From contig CATQHZ020000001.1 of the NCBI GenBank assembly GCA_958296135.2, positions 4,032,001 to 4,096,000 of the forward strand: 64,000 bases of DNA, in the 5' to 3' direction. Made by a program: the position numbers and the translations under genes. Shown piece after piece: positions 9,606 through 19,668 of the stretch. The stretch comes from an uncultured Poribacteria bacterium (GTDB taxonomy: Bacteria; Poribacteria; WGA-4E; WGA-3G). Numbering within the stretch: position 1 is the stretch's first letter; each line of letters opens with the position of its first letter. The notes under the pieces are model-generated. The model made no database searches. It was given only the letters and a program-made list of their open reading frames with translations, and had not been told where the DNA came from.

Positions 9606-10055
9606 ATGCATCAGGCGCACGCCGCAATTTTACTTCTCGTGACGCTGGCACTCGGCCTAAACGGCTGTGGAGAAAGTTCTTCCGGCGGAAGCGGACTCAC
9701 CGATGTCGGAAGAGGCGAACCGATTATCGTGGACGCTGTCATGGCAATCAGCGTCTTTGAAGAACGTCCCGACGGCATCACCGACACGTTCAACGCCGAT
9801 GTCAACGAACAAATCTTTTTGTGGATGTTATGGAACAATATTGAGGCACAACACACAGTTGAAGTGTCATGGTTCTCACCCGCCGATGACCTGGAGGATC
9901 CGCCGTTCTGGACAGAATCCCAGACCTTCACTTCAACAACCGGCGAGAAAATCACCTGGTTCTACATCGACACGCCCGCGGATACCGGCGAGTGGTTCGT
10001 GGAAATCTACCTCGATGGGGTTTTTGAACGGAGCCACATCTTCTGGATAGAATAG
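9606..10055 (+). CDS. Putative lipoprotein
   Basis: RBS GGAGG, hydrophobic signal and lipobox LNGC, Ig-like beta-rich C-terminus. Confidence 0.75.
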   Translation: MHQAHAAILLLVTLALGLNGCGESSSGGSGLTDVGRGEPIIVDAVMAISVFEERPDGITDTFNADVNEQIFLWMLWNNIEAQHTVEVSWFSPADDLEDPPFWTESQTFTSTTGEKITWFYIDTPADTGEWFVEIYLDGVFERSHIFWIE

Positions 10056-10099
10056 GATACCCCGTAGGCGCGGTTGCAAACCGCCCAAGGAAAACCCGC

Positions 10100-11185
10100 A
10101 TGGATAAACTCAAAATCGCACACATCGGCACAGGCAGACGCGGTGCCGGCACTTACCTCCCCATCATCGCGAAATTGACGGCAGACCTCGAGCTCGTCGC
10201 CGTCTGCGATGCACGCGAGGAAAGCGTCACCGAACAAGGCACAACATACAACGTCCCCGCTTACACCGACACCGAACGGATGCTGGACGAAGTGAAGCCG
10301 GATATCTGCGCCATCGTCATCACGCCGAGCAACAACCACATCCCGGGGCTCCTCTGCTCCGAACGCGGGGTAAGTTATTGCACCGAAACCCCCATTGACA
10401 CAGACCTCGGGTGGGCTGACAAAATGATAGCATCCGCGCAGGCGAACGGCACGAAGCTGGAGGTGAACGAGAACTATTATCGCGTCCCAACAGAACGGAT
10501 AAAACGGGAGATGATTCTCGCCGGTGTCTTCGGCAAAGTCAACGCCGCCTATAACGATTTCCGCGGGCACGGCTACCACGGCATCGGGCTTATCCGCAGC
10601 TATGTCGGCTTCGAGAATGAACCCATGCGCGTTTACGGCTTCCGGAAGAACTACGAGGTGCAGAATCACGTCTGGCGGACGGGGCAACCGCCGCGCAATA
10701 CCGAGGATTGGCAACACGCTATCATCGAGTTTGAAGACGGCGCAGTGGGGATTTTCAACTTCAGTAGCCTCTCTTACGGTTCGCCGCTGCGCGGGTTCAA
10801 CGGCTCCAAGTTTTACGCCGAACGCGGCATGTGCTTCCGAAACGAGGCAGTCATCCTCAACGAAAATGCCGACGAACAGCGCGCGGTGACTCTCACGCGG
10901 CGAATCAACAACGTGGGCGGTTATGAAACCCTCGCCGCACTCGTAGCAAACACGAAACCCGAAGTCATTTGGGAGAACCCGTTGCAGCAGTATCCGCTCA
11001 GCGATGGCGAAATCACCGTCGCATCGGAATTGATGAGCCTCGTCAACGCTGTCCGCAACAACACGGAACCGGAATACGGTGCCTACAACGGCCGGAAGGA
11101 CAGGGAAATTGACATAGCGATGGCACGTTCGTGGGCAAACAACGGCGCGCCCATCACCTTCCCGTTGACGTACGAAAGCCGATAG
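10100..11185 (+). CDS. Gfo/Idh/MocA family oxidoreductase
   Basis: KIAHIGTGRRG Rossmann start, VAVCD, ETP motif. Confidence 0.85.
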   Translation: MDKLKIAHIGTGRRGAGTYLPIIAKLTADLELVAVCDAREESVTEQGTTYNVPAYTDTERMLDEVKPDICAIVITPSNNHIPGLLCSERGVSYCTETPIDTDLGWADKMIASAQANGTKLEVNENYYRVPTERIKREMILAGVFGKVNAAYNDFRGHGYHGIGLIRSYVGFENEPMRVYGFRKNYEVQNHVWRTGQPPRNTEDWQHAIIEFEDGAVGIFNFSSLSYGSPLRGFNGSKFYAERGMCFRNEAVILNENADEQRAVTLTRRINNVGGYETLAALVANTKPEVIWENPLQQYPLSDGEITVASELMSLVNAVRNNTEPEYGAYNGRKDREIDIAMARSWANNGAPITFPLTYESR

Positions 11186-11205
11186 CGCACCGCTGCTAAT
11201 TTTCC

Positions 11206-11234
11206 TTGACATTCGCAACAAAATTCTGTATAAT
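11206..11234 (+). promoter_or_regulatory. Consensus sigma-70 promoter
   Basis: TTGACA-17 bp-TATAAT. Confidence 0.8.
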
Positions 11235-11278
11235 TGAATTGCACTCGCAGAAAAACAACGAAATCGGAGGAATCTCCC

Positions 11279-12178
11279 ATGTTAAAACCGTTTCGACTCA
11301 TGCTCACGCTCCTATTGCTCTTCAGTTTCAGCGTAACGCTGATGGGCAATGAGTGGGCAAATTACTATTTCCCCGACGCGCTGGAAAGCTACTGGCTCTA
11401 CGAAGACCAGGATGGCAACGAACTCACGCGCTACGCCGTGGAACCGGTGGACATTGATGGCCAAACGTATCGGGCCTTCAGTTACTCACCCCGACTTGAA
11501 GACTGGAAAGATTACCAGTACTACGTTCATCCTTATTTTTACAGCGTCGGTGACGAATGGGTAGCCTTTTTCGTCGGCAACGATGTCGAAAACGCAATAA
11601 AGGCCGTCACAGCGCAGCAGTGGGACGAAGTCCTCGCCGTAATGCGGCAGGAGATGAATAACCAACTCCCACCCGGGGTGAATGTCGACATAAACATGAC
11701 ATACGAACTTGAGGTGGAAGCGCAGGACTACTTCTATTTTCTGCCGACTCCCGCAACAGCCAATGAGGAATGGGAGGCCATGCGGGCCAACGTGAAAATG
11801 GACCTCAACATCAGCATCCAGAGCGATCTGGAGGGATTTCCACCCCTTAACCCGAACATTACGATGTACCTCACTATTGTGGAGACCGGAAACGTCGTGG
11901 ACACCGAAACCGTCGAGACAGAAGCCGGCACCTTTGAGGATTGCCTGAAAATTGAATACCGCACAGATGCAACGATGGAAACGTCACCGCCGATGGAAGA
12001 CGCAGAATCGCTGTTTTCAAACGAATACGGCGAAACCCTGACAACGCTCTGGTTAGCACCTAACGTCGGAATTGTCAAATTCGTCCAAGAATCCGAGGCC
12101 TTGGATACGGAGAAGACCTTGGAGTTAACGCAGTTCGAGCTCAAATCCGCTGAATCCGGAAGCGACAGCAGCAACTAA
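11279..12178 (+). CDS. Secreted acidic hypothetical protein (DUF3108-like family)
   Basis: RBS GGAGG, signal peptide, [15 protein letters not shown] and [11 protein letters not shown] motifs. Confidence 0.8.
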   Translation: MLKPFRLMLTLLLLFSFSVTLMGNEWANYYFPDALESYWLYEDQDGNELTRYAVEPVDIDGQTYRAFSYSPRLEDWKDYQYYVHPYFYSVGDEWVAFFVGNDVENAIKAVTAQQWDEVLAVMRQEMNNQLPPGVNVDINMTYELEVEAQDYFYFLPTPATANEEWEAMRANVKMDLNISIQSDLEGFPPLNPNITMYLTIVETGNVVDTETVETEAGTFEDCLKIEYRTDATMETSPPMEDAESLFSNEYGETLTTLWLAPNVGIVKFVQESEALDTEKTLELTQFELKSAESGSDSSN

Positions 12179-12193
12179 TCGGAGGGTTCCCTC

Positions 12194-13135
12194 ATGCGCA
12201 AACCGTTTTGCTTTTTACTGAGTGCCTTGCTCATATTCACCTCCAGCGCGACGCTGATGGGGAACGAATGGGCAAACTACTATTTCCCCGATACACTCGG
12301 AAGTTATTGGGGCTACGAAGACGAAAACGGCGACGAACTGACGCGCTACGCCGCAGAACCCGAAGAGGTTGATGGCGAAACCTATCGCGTCTTCCGCTAT
12401 GAACCTGCCCTAGACGATTGGGCAGATTATCTTTACCATGCTGCACCCTATTACTACCTCGTCGGTGACGAGTGGGTTGCCTCCTTGGCCGGCGAATACG
12501 TCAAAAACGCATTCACGGCACGGATAACCGAAGAATTGGAAATACTCCGCGCGATGGCGGAACAAGAAATGAGGCAACAAGGTATGCCTCCCGGTGTTCA
12601 CATCTCGCTGAGTTATGACGTTAGCGTTGAAGCGCAAGACTACTTCTATCTGCTCCCAACACCGGCTACCTTCAACGAAGAGTGGGATGCAACGCAGATA
12701 AATATCGAACTCACCTTGGGGATTGATATACAGGGCGATACCGCCATGTTTCAGGGCATGGAGGAGACACCAGATCTCAAACTGTACTTCACCATCGTTG
12801 AAACCGGGAACGTCACGGAAACTGAAACCGTGGAGACAGCGGCTGGCACGTTTGAAGATTGCCTGAAAATCGAATACCGCACCAAAACCACCGTTACCGC
12901 CTCCGAACCGATGGAAGGCGGGCCACCGCCAGTCCCGGGGGAAGCTGTCACGACACTGTGGCTGGCACCCAACGTCGGCATTGTGAAATTCGCGCAGGAA
13001 TCTCAGGCTGTTGTGTTAACACTGATGCCGCCGGCAGAATTTCAGGCTCCCATTACTGAGAGAAGCCTGGAATTAACGCAGTATGAAATCAAACCGACTC
13101 ATATAGGAGAACCCTCCGGTTCCGATAACGAATGA
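12194..13135 (+). CDS. Tandem paralog of 11279..12178
   Basis: Shares [32 protein letters not shown] and [12 protein letters not shown]. Confidence 0.8.
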   Translation: MRKPFCFLLSALLIFTSSATLMGNEWANYYFPDTLGSYWGYEDENGDELTRYAAEPEEVDGETYRVFRYEPALDDWADYLYHAAPYYYLVGDEWVASLAGEYVKNAFTARITEELEILRAMAEQEMRQQGMPPGVHISLSYDVSVEAQDYFYLLPTPATFNEEWDATQINIELTLGIDIQGDTAMFQGMEETPDLKLYFTIVETGNVTETETVETAAGTFEDCLKIEYRTKTTVTASEPMEGGPPPVPGEAVTTLWLAPNVGIVKFAQESQAVVLTLMPPAEFQAPITERSLELTQYEIKPTHIGEPSGSDNE

Positions 13136-14118
13136 ACACGTTCTCCGTTTACCGCCCCCGGCGGCTCCGTGCAAATGAAAACCTGCGACGGCTCGTTCGC
13201 GAAACGAAACTGTCCATCGATGACCTTATCTATCCGATGTTTGTCGTTCACGGCAGGAACGTCGCAACCGAAATTTCGTCCATGCCGGGATGCTACCACT
13301 ACTCGGTAGACAATCTCGTCACCGCGGCGAAAGAGTTGGCAGCCCTCGGCATTCCCGGCACCATCTTGTTCGGTATCCCTGAGGAAAAGGACGCGCTCGG
13401 CTCCGAGGCATACGCCGACGATGGCATTATCCAACAGGCTGTTCGTGCGATTAAGGATGCCGTGCCAACTCTGCTCGTCATCACAGATGTCTGCCTCTGT
13501 GAATACACAGACCACGGGCATTGCGGCATCGTTGAAGCAGGTGACGTGCAAAATGACCGGACGGTGGCACTGCTCGTCAAGGAGAGTCTCTCGCATGCGC
13601 GCGCCGGGGCCGATGTCATCGCACCGTCAGATATGATGGACGGCCGCGTCGGCGCGATTCGCGAGGCGTTGGACATGGACGGATACTCGCACATCCCGAT
13701 TATGGCGTATGCTGCGAAATATGCGTCCGCTTTCTACGGGCCGTTCCGCGAAGCCGCCGAATCCGCGCCGCAATTTGGCGATAGACGCTCCTATCAGATG
13801 GACGCGGCAAACGCCGAAGAGGCACTCCGGGAAGTCGCATTGGATATTGAGGAAGGCGCGGATATCCTCATGGTGAAACCCGCGCTCGCCTATCTTGATG
13901 TCATCCACCGCGTGAAGACTGCATTTCAGACCCCGGTTGCCGCTTACAACGTCAGCGGTGAATACGCGATGATTAAAGCCGCCGCGCAAAACGGCTGGCT
14001 CGACGAACAGCGCGCTGCACTGGAGGCGTTGACAAGCATCAAACGCGCCGGGGCCGATATGATTTTAACCTATTTCGCGAAATCGGTTGTCAAATGGCTA
14101 TCACCTCTTCAACCGTAG
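13132..14118 (+). CDS. hemB: Porphobilinogen synthase
   Basis: [34 protein letters not shown]. Confidence 0.97.
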   Translation: MNTFSVYRPRRLRANENLRRLVRETKLSIDDLIYPMFVVHGRNVATEISSMPGCYHYSVDNLVTAAKELAALGIPGTILFGIPEEKDALGSEAYADDGIIQQAVRAIKDAVPTLLVITDVCLCEYTDHGHCGIVEAGDVQNDRTVALLVKESLSHARAGADVIAPSDMMDGRVGAIREALDMDGYSHIPIMAYAAKYASAFYGPFREAAESAPQFGDRRSYQMDAANAEEALREVALDIEEGADILMVKPALAYLDVIHRVKTAFQTPVAAYNVSGEYAMIKAAAQNGWLDEQRAALEALTSIKRAGADMILTYFAKSVVKWLSPLQP

Positions 14119-14178
14119 GGCAAGGGAAACCTGTCCCTCGCCAGGACGCGAGCACCCTCGTCATGAGGATACAAAAAA

Positions 14179-15462
14179 TTGGAAAACACTAAATCTTTAG
14201 CCGCATGGCAAAAATCACAACAATTTATCCCCGGCGGTGTCAACAGCCCGGTCCGCAATTTCAGCAAAGTGGAAGGCACACCGCGTTTTATGGAACGCGG
14301 CGAAGGCTCGAAAGTTTACGACATTGACGGGAACGAATATATCGACTACCTTGCCTCGTGGGGGCCACTCATTTTGGGGCATGCGCATCCGAGTGTCGTG
14401 GCCGCAATCACCGCCGCCGCCTCGCGCGGCACCAGTTTCGGCGCACCGACGACGCTAGAGACTGAACTCGCCGCGGAGATTGCCAACGCTGTGCCTTCTA
14501 TTGAACAGGCCCGCCTCGTCAACTCCGGCACTGAGGCAACGATGAGCGCGATTCGCGTCGCGCGCGGCTATACCGGCCGCAACAAAATCATCAAAATTGA
14601 CGGGTGCTACCACGGACACGTCGACTATCTGCTCGCCAAAGCCGGTTCGGGTGTAGCGACGTTTGGGCTCGCCGATAGCGGGGGTGTCCCCGAAGATTTT
14701 GCCCGCAATACGCTCACCGTGCCTTTCAACAACGCCGATGCAGTAAGCAAGACGATTGCGGCAAATCCCGATGAAATCGCGTGCCTCATCCTTGAACCTA
14801 TCATGGGCAACATGGGCATTATTCCGCCGCACGACGGTTACCTCCAAGAACTCCGTGACATCACGGCGGCGCACGGCATCGTCCTCATCTTCGACGAGGT
14901 GATTACCGGGTTTCGGGTGGCATACGGCGGCGCGCAAACCTACTATAACGTTACCCCGGACATGACATGCCTCGGAAAAATTATCGGCGGCGGCTTACCT
15001 GTCGGTGCTTATGGCGGAAAACGGGACATCATGCGCTGCGTCGCACCGGAAGGCGATGTCTATCAAGCAGGCACACTCTCCGGAAATCCGCTGGCTGTCA
15101 CCGCCGGCATCACGACACTGAAACACCTCGCCGAGCCGGGGGTTTACGAACAACTTGAACACCGCGCCACCGTGCTCGCAGACAGACTCGCCGAAGCAAC
15201 CAAAAAACATGGGGTTGACGCATGGCACAGCCGAGTCGGTTCCATGCTGATGCTCTATTTTACGCCGGAGACTGTCACCGATGCAGACGGCGCGCGCACC
15301 GCAGATACCGAACGCTATCGGCACTACTTCTGGGGGCTACTGGAACGGGGTGTCTATATCGCACCATCGCAATTTGAGGCAGGGTTCGTCTCCTTGTGCC
15401 ACTCGGAGGAGGATATTGACAACACCGTGAACGCCGCAACGCAGGTATTGGCGCAGCTCTAA
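14179..15462 (+). CDS. hemL: Glutamate-1-semialdehyde 2,1-aminomutase
   Basis: PGGVNSPVR, NSGTEATM, FDEVITGFR, GKIIGGGLP; TTG start. Confidence 0.97.
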   Translation: MENTKSLAAWQKSQQFIPGGVNSPVRNFSKVEGTPRFMERGEGSKVYDIDGNEYIDYLASWGPLILGHAHPSVVAAITAAASRGTSFGAPTTLETELAAEIANAVPSIEQARLVNSGTEATMSAIRVARGYTGRNKIIKIDGCYHGHVDYLLAKAGSGVATFGLADSGGVPEDFARNTLTVPFNNADAVSKTIAANPDEIACLILEPIMGNMGIIPPHDGYLQELRDITAAHGIVLIFDEVITGFRVAYGGAQTYYNVTPDMTCLGKIIGGGLPVGAYGGKRDIMRCVAPEGDVYQAGTLSGNPLAVTAGITTLKHLAEPGVYEQLEHRATVLADRLAEATKKHGVDAWHSRVGSMLMLYFTPETVTDADGARTADTERYRHYFWGLLERGVYIAPSQFEAGFVSLCHSEEDIDNTVNAATQVLAQL

Positions 15463-15554
15463 AGTCCAGTAGTTCATCTCTCCTTCAGTAAGAGAGAACT
15501 CGGAGTCCCGGTGAATCGGGAGGTTCCTCCTACTGAAGACAAATCATCTAAAAA

Positions 15555-16535
15555 ATGCCAAACTTTGATCAGATTGTCCAATTGATAGCCGATGACCTTG
15601 GTGCCGTTGAGGCGAAACTCACCGAACAAACGGCGAGCGAGTACAGTTTTGTCGACATGGCAGTCCAGCACGTCGTCAAAGGTGGCGGCAAACGGCTCCG
15701 TCCCATTCTCGTCGTGCTTTCAGCGAAAGCGTGCGGCTACGAAGGCTCCGATGCGCACACCCTCGCCGCCGTCGTGGAGCTCATTCACGTCGCCTCCCTC
15801 GTGCATGACGATGTCCTTGACGAAGCGAGCATTCGCCGCGGTCGCGAGACACTCCAGACGAAGTGGGGCAACAAAGTTGCCGTGCTCGTCGGCGATTATC
15901 TGCACGCGCGTGTCCTCTCGATGCTGGTATCCCGCCGCGCCGAGGACCCGGCCATGGAAATCCTCGCCGATACCACGCAGGCGATGTGCGAAGGCGAAGT
16001 CATACATGCCTACAAAAGCGGCGATTTTGACATCACCGAGGACGAGTATCTCAAAATTATCAGTTTCAAAACCGGGAAACTGATTGCCGCCTCTTGCACC
16101 CTCGGCGCGCACCTCGGCACAACCGATGAACGGCAAATCGCGGCACTCACAACATACGGACAACAAATCGGGACAGCCTTCCAGATTGTCGATGACTTGC
16201 TTGATTTCGTAGTGGCACCGGAGAAACTCGGAAAGAATGCATTCGGTGATCTGCGCGAAGGCAAACTCACCTTTCCCATCATCGTGGCCCGCTCCTACTG
16301 CGACGATGCAGAGAAAGATAAACTTGAACACGTGCTGAATCCGCATACCGACGAAGCAGCGGCGATAGCCTTCGTGCAATCCCTGTTTCAGCGGTACGAC
16401 GTTGGGCCTCACTGTTTGACAGTTGCGCAAACCTACGCAGACCGCGCCAAATCCGCATTGCAAGCGTTGCCCGATACCTCGGCGCGCACGGCGTTGGAGC
16501 AACTCGCGAATTATGTCGTCTCGCGGGATTCATAG
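15555..16535 (+). CDS. Polyprenyl diphosphate synthase
   Basis: GGKRLRP, HDDVLD, FQIVDDLLD, DLREGK. Confidence 0.93.
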   Translation: MPNFDQIVQLIADDLGAVEAKLTEQTASEYSFVDMAVQHVVKGGGKRLRPILVVLSAKACGYEGSDAHTLAAVVELIHVASLVHDDVLDEASIRRGRETLQTKWGNKVAVLVGDYLHARVLSMLVSRRAEDPAMEILADTTQAMCEGEVIHAYKSGDFDITEDEYLKIISFKTGKLIAASCTLGAHLGTTDERQIAALTTYGQQIGTAFQIVDDLLDFVVAPEKLGKNAFGDLREGKLTFPIIVARSYCDDAEKDKLEHVLNPHTDEAAAIAFVQSLFQRYDVGPHCLTVAQTYADRAKSALQALPDTSARTALEQLANYVVSRDS

Positions 16536-16570
16536 CGTTGGAAGAAGGGAAAACAAAGGAGATTTTTAAA

Positions 16571-17134
16571 ATGGGTTTCACTTGGTTTAATGTGAGCATT
16601 ATCGATGTTGGGGTGCTTAGCATTAGCCTTATTGGGCTCGTGTGGTTATATCGGGCGCACAAGGCTCTTAAGAAGGAAAATGAGAAGCTCCAGCAACAAA
16701 ACGCGGAATTCCAGCAACAACTGCTGATAGTTCAAAACGAAAACGCGGAACTTCAGCAACAAAACGTGGAACTCCGGCAACAAAACGCGGAATTCCAGCA
16801 ACAACTGCTGATAGTTCAAAACGAAAACGCGGAACTCCAGCAACAAAACGTGGAACTCCGGCAACAAAACGCGGAATTCCAGCAACAACTGCTGATAGTT
16901 CAAAACGAAAACGCGGAACTCCAGCAACAATTCCGCGAATTTCAGAGCACCGCCGATCGCCGATACAACACGTTGCAGGAAGAATACAACAGCCTGCGGA
17001 AGGCAAACGATAAACTCCGAAAGGAACTGGACGAAGTCAAACGCGATAACCAGTCCTTACGGAACAACTTCAACCAAATGACAGGCAGGTACCAGGAGAT
17101 CAAAGCCTTAATCCTGTCCGGTAGGTTGAAATAG
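16571..17134 (+). CDS. Membrane-anchored coiled-coil protein with tandem repeats
   Basis: RBS AAGGAG, N-terminal hydrophobic helix, heptad repeats. Confidence 0.7.
   Translation: MGFTWFNVSIIDVGVLSISLIGLVWLYRAHKALKKENEKLQQQNAEFQQQLLIVQNENAELQQQNVELRQQNAEFQQQLLIVQNENAELQQQNVELRQQNAEFQQQLLIVQNENAELQQQFREFQSTADRRYNTLQEEYNSLRKANDKLRKELDEVKRDNQSLRNNFNQMTGRYQEIKALILSGRLK
16688..16930 (+). repeat. 84-bp tandem repeat, about 2.9 copies
   Basis: gcaacaaaacgcggaattcc at 16693, 16777 and 16861. Confidence 0.95.
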
Positions 17135-17193
17135 TCCTCCGCTTGTGGCGACGCGCCTATCGGTTTTATAAGAAAAAATAGGAGGAAACGTTC

Positions 17194-17601
17194 ATGATGT
17201 TCCTTATTGGGACAATTATCGTCGGCTTGGGCATTATTTTAGATTTCGCGAATTATCCGTGGATAGCGGATGCCGTCTATCTTATCGCCTTCGCCGTAGT
17301 CGCCGTGCTGGTAAAAGCTGGCAAGGCACCGGATTACATCAATGCCGAATTTGAGGAAGTTCGGGCCGAAATTGTTGGGATGCGGGTGCAGCAAGACGAA
17401 ACGAACGCCGAAATTGGCAAACTCAAAGTCAAGAACGAGGAGACTAAAGCCGGTGTCGCCCTCATGTCCGAGGAATACCGGATAGTCCAAGCCAGGGCAG
17501 CACGACTCACAGTCGAAAACGCGCGGCTCCTCGCCGAACTGGAGAAAGAGCGGAATAAGGTTAAACAATACGAATCGAACCAGCCCTCGCGAACAGAGTA
17601 A
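17194..17601 (+). CDS. Two-TM membrane protein with C-terminal coiled coil
   Basis: RBS AGGAGG, two hydrophobic segments, charged heptads. Confidence 0.7.
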   Translation: MMFLIGTIIVGLGIILDFANYPWIADAVYLIAFAVVAVLVKAGKAPDYINAEFEEVRAEIVGMRVQQDETNAEIGKLKVKNEETKAGVALMSEEYRIVQARAARLTVENARLLAELEKERNKVKQYESNQPSRTE

Positions 17602-17609
17602 CCTCAAAA

Positions 17610-18767
17610 ATGTTTTATCCTGTAGCCCTCAACCTCCAGCACCGAAAATGCCTAGTTGTCGGCGGCGGCACCGTCGCCGAACGCAAAGTCGTTTCTCTGC
17701 TCCTCAGCGGCGGCGAAGTCACGGTGATTAGCCCCGAGGCAACCGCACTGCTCGCGTTCCTCGCGCAGAACGGCCAGATTGTGTGGCAGAACCGGCAGTT
17801 TACTGCAGGCGATACGCGCGGCCATTTTCTCATCTGTGCCGCCACCGATGAAACGCCGATAAACACCGCCGTTTTCACGGAGGCATACGAAGAAAACCGG
17901 ATTCGCTTAGTCAACGTCGTCGACGTTATCCCGCAGTGCACGTTCGCCGCCGCATCTGTCGTGACAGATGGCGAGCTCATGCTCAGCATCTCCACTAGCG
18001 GCAAGAGCCCGGCGACGAGCCGCCGCATTCGCGAACATCTTGAGGAGAAACTCCGGGCAAACTCACTTTACACCCTTGGATATCAAAACGGAAAGCCCGA
18101 ACTCATCCGGAACCAAGGGCTGCCCTATCCGATTTATCTCCTCTTGGAAAATCGCCGGTGCGCTGTCCTCTATCGTGAGAAAACGCCGGAGATTGCACGC
18201 CGCATCTCGCTTTTACGCCAATGCGGCGCGGACGTCGTGCATCAGCCGAAAAACGTTGAGGCGGCGTTCCTCGTCATCGCCGAATCGCCTAATATCCCAG
18301 AGCATGCGCCGCTACCGCTCAGAGAATACGTCATACAGGCCGATGCCGGAACCTTTCGGACACCGCACCTCATCACAGATGAGAACCTCATTATCAGCAT
18401 CTCTACCCACAACGGCGAGGAAGCCGCAGGCAAAGCAAAACGCCTGCAACAAACTCTCGCAGCGCAGTTTGAAAATAACGGATACGGCGCGTTTATTGAA
18501 TTCCTCGGAACGATTCGTCCCGATATCCTCAACACTTTTCAGACTTCAAAAGCACGCGCCGACTTTTTCGAGACACTGATCAACTATCGGGCTGAGGCAC
18601 AAACGTGTTGCTTACGACTCACCGATGCGACGTGCTCCGCCGAATGCCTCTTCAACTGGATTCGGCGCGGCGAATCGGAACGCGCTAATACCCTCGTATC
18701 GAACCTGCTCAACCAACCCCGCAGTCGCGCTCTCAAAGCGCGCCTGCCGGCAAACGGGGATTCATGA
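17610..18767 (+). CDS. Precorrin-2 dehydrogenase/sirohydrochlorin ferrochelatase (SirC/Met8-like) with internal duplication
   Basis: YPVALNL...VVGGGTVAERK, LVNVVD, ISTSGKSP; hem cluster context. Confidence 0.85.
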   Translation: MFYPVALNLQHRKCLVVGGGTVAERKVVSLLLSGGEVTVISPEATALLAFLAQNGQIVWQNRQFTAGDTRGHFLICAATDETPINTAVFTEAYEENRIRLVNVVDVIPQCTFAAASVVTDGELMLSISTSGKSPATSRRIREHLEEKLRANSLYTLGYQNGKPELIRNQGLPYPIYLLLENRRCAVLYREKTPEIARRISLLRQCGADVVHQPKNVEAAFLVIAESPNIPEHAPLPLREYVIQADAGTFRTPHLITDENLIISISTHNGEEAAGKAKRLQQTLAAQFENNGYGAFIEFLGTIRPDILNTFQTSKARADFFETLINYRAEAQTCCLRLTDATCSAECLFNWIRRGESERANTLVSNLLNQPRSRALKARLPANGDS

Positions 18768-19603
18768 ACTTTCTATTTCTTGTCACACTGCTGATATACT
18801 TAACAGCAAGTATCTTTCAGGCACTTTCGCTCGCGATAGGGAACCGCTCTGACGTATCAACCCTTCGCCCAACGATTGAAAGCATCGCCTTTTGGGGAAC
18901 TACCATCGGATTCGCCTGTCTGACGCTTTTCATCGCGCTCTGGTGGCTCCAACAGGAACACTTCCCGATGACACACTGGACAGATTCTACCGCCTTCTTC
19001 GCCTGGGCCACCACGCTGATATACCTCATCATCGTCCGCTTGACGCACCTCCGCGCCCTCGGGAGTTTCGTCGTGCCGGTTGCATTCCTCGCCATCCTCA
19101 TCGCCTATAGTTTCGCTAGGAATACCTCAACGCTGCCAGAACAACTGCACAACTATTGGCTCGTCGCCCACACGTCGCTGATTTTTCTCGCGTACGCCGC
19201 CTTCATCGCCGCCTTCGGGTTCGGACTCATGTATCTCATCGCCGAAAAGAGAATCCGCGCGAAGACAGATACGCTCTTCTCTAACCTGCTCCCGGCACTC
19301 GGCAATTCCGATGAATTCGGCTATCGATGCATCTTCATCGGAGTCATTCTGCTATCCATGGGCATCATCGTCGGCAGTTTATGGACGCAATACATCCGAG
19401 AACTCCCCTGGAAATGGCTTGACGCGAAGATTATCTTCACCCTTCTCACGTGGTTCATCTATGTCGCGCAAATCGCCATCCGTCAACTCTGGGGATGGCG
19501 CGGCCGCAAAGCCGCCTATGCCGCCATCATCGGCTTCGTCGCACTGCTATGCACCTATGCCGGGGTGAACCTTTTTTTGGACAGCATCCACGCTTGGCGA
19601 TAA
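18764..19603 (+). CDS. ccsA: Cytochrome c biogenesis CcsA/HemX-like membrane protein
   Basis: Multiple TMs, WLVAH, GSLW...W..DAK, GWRGRKAA. Confidence 0.85.
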   Translation: MNFLFLVTLLIYLTASIFQALSLAIGNRSDVSTLRPTIESIAFWGTTIGFACLTLFIALWWLQQEHFPMTHWTDSTAFFAWATTLIYLIIVRLTHLRALGSFVVPVAFLAILIAYSFARNTSTLPEQLHNYWLVAHTSLIFLAYAAFIAAFGFGLMYLIAEKRIRAKTDTLFSNLLPALGNSDEFGYRCIFIGVILLSMGIIVGSLWTQYIRELPWKWLDAKIIFTLLTWFIYVAQIAIRQLWGWRGRKAAYAAIIGFVALLCTYAGVNLFLDSIHAWR

Positions 19604-19617
19604 AAATCGGTTTTTTC

Positions 19618-19646
19618 TTGACATGCCTCCCGAAATAGGGTATAAT
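19618..19646 (+). promoter_or_regulatory. Consensus sigma-70 promoter for hemA
   Basis: TTGACA-17 bp-TATAAT. Confidence 0.8.
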
Positions 19647-19668
19647 TAAAGGCAGAGGCAAAAGAGCA

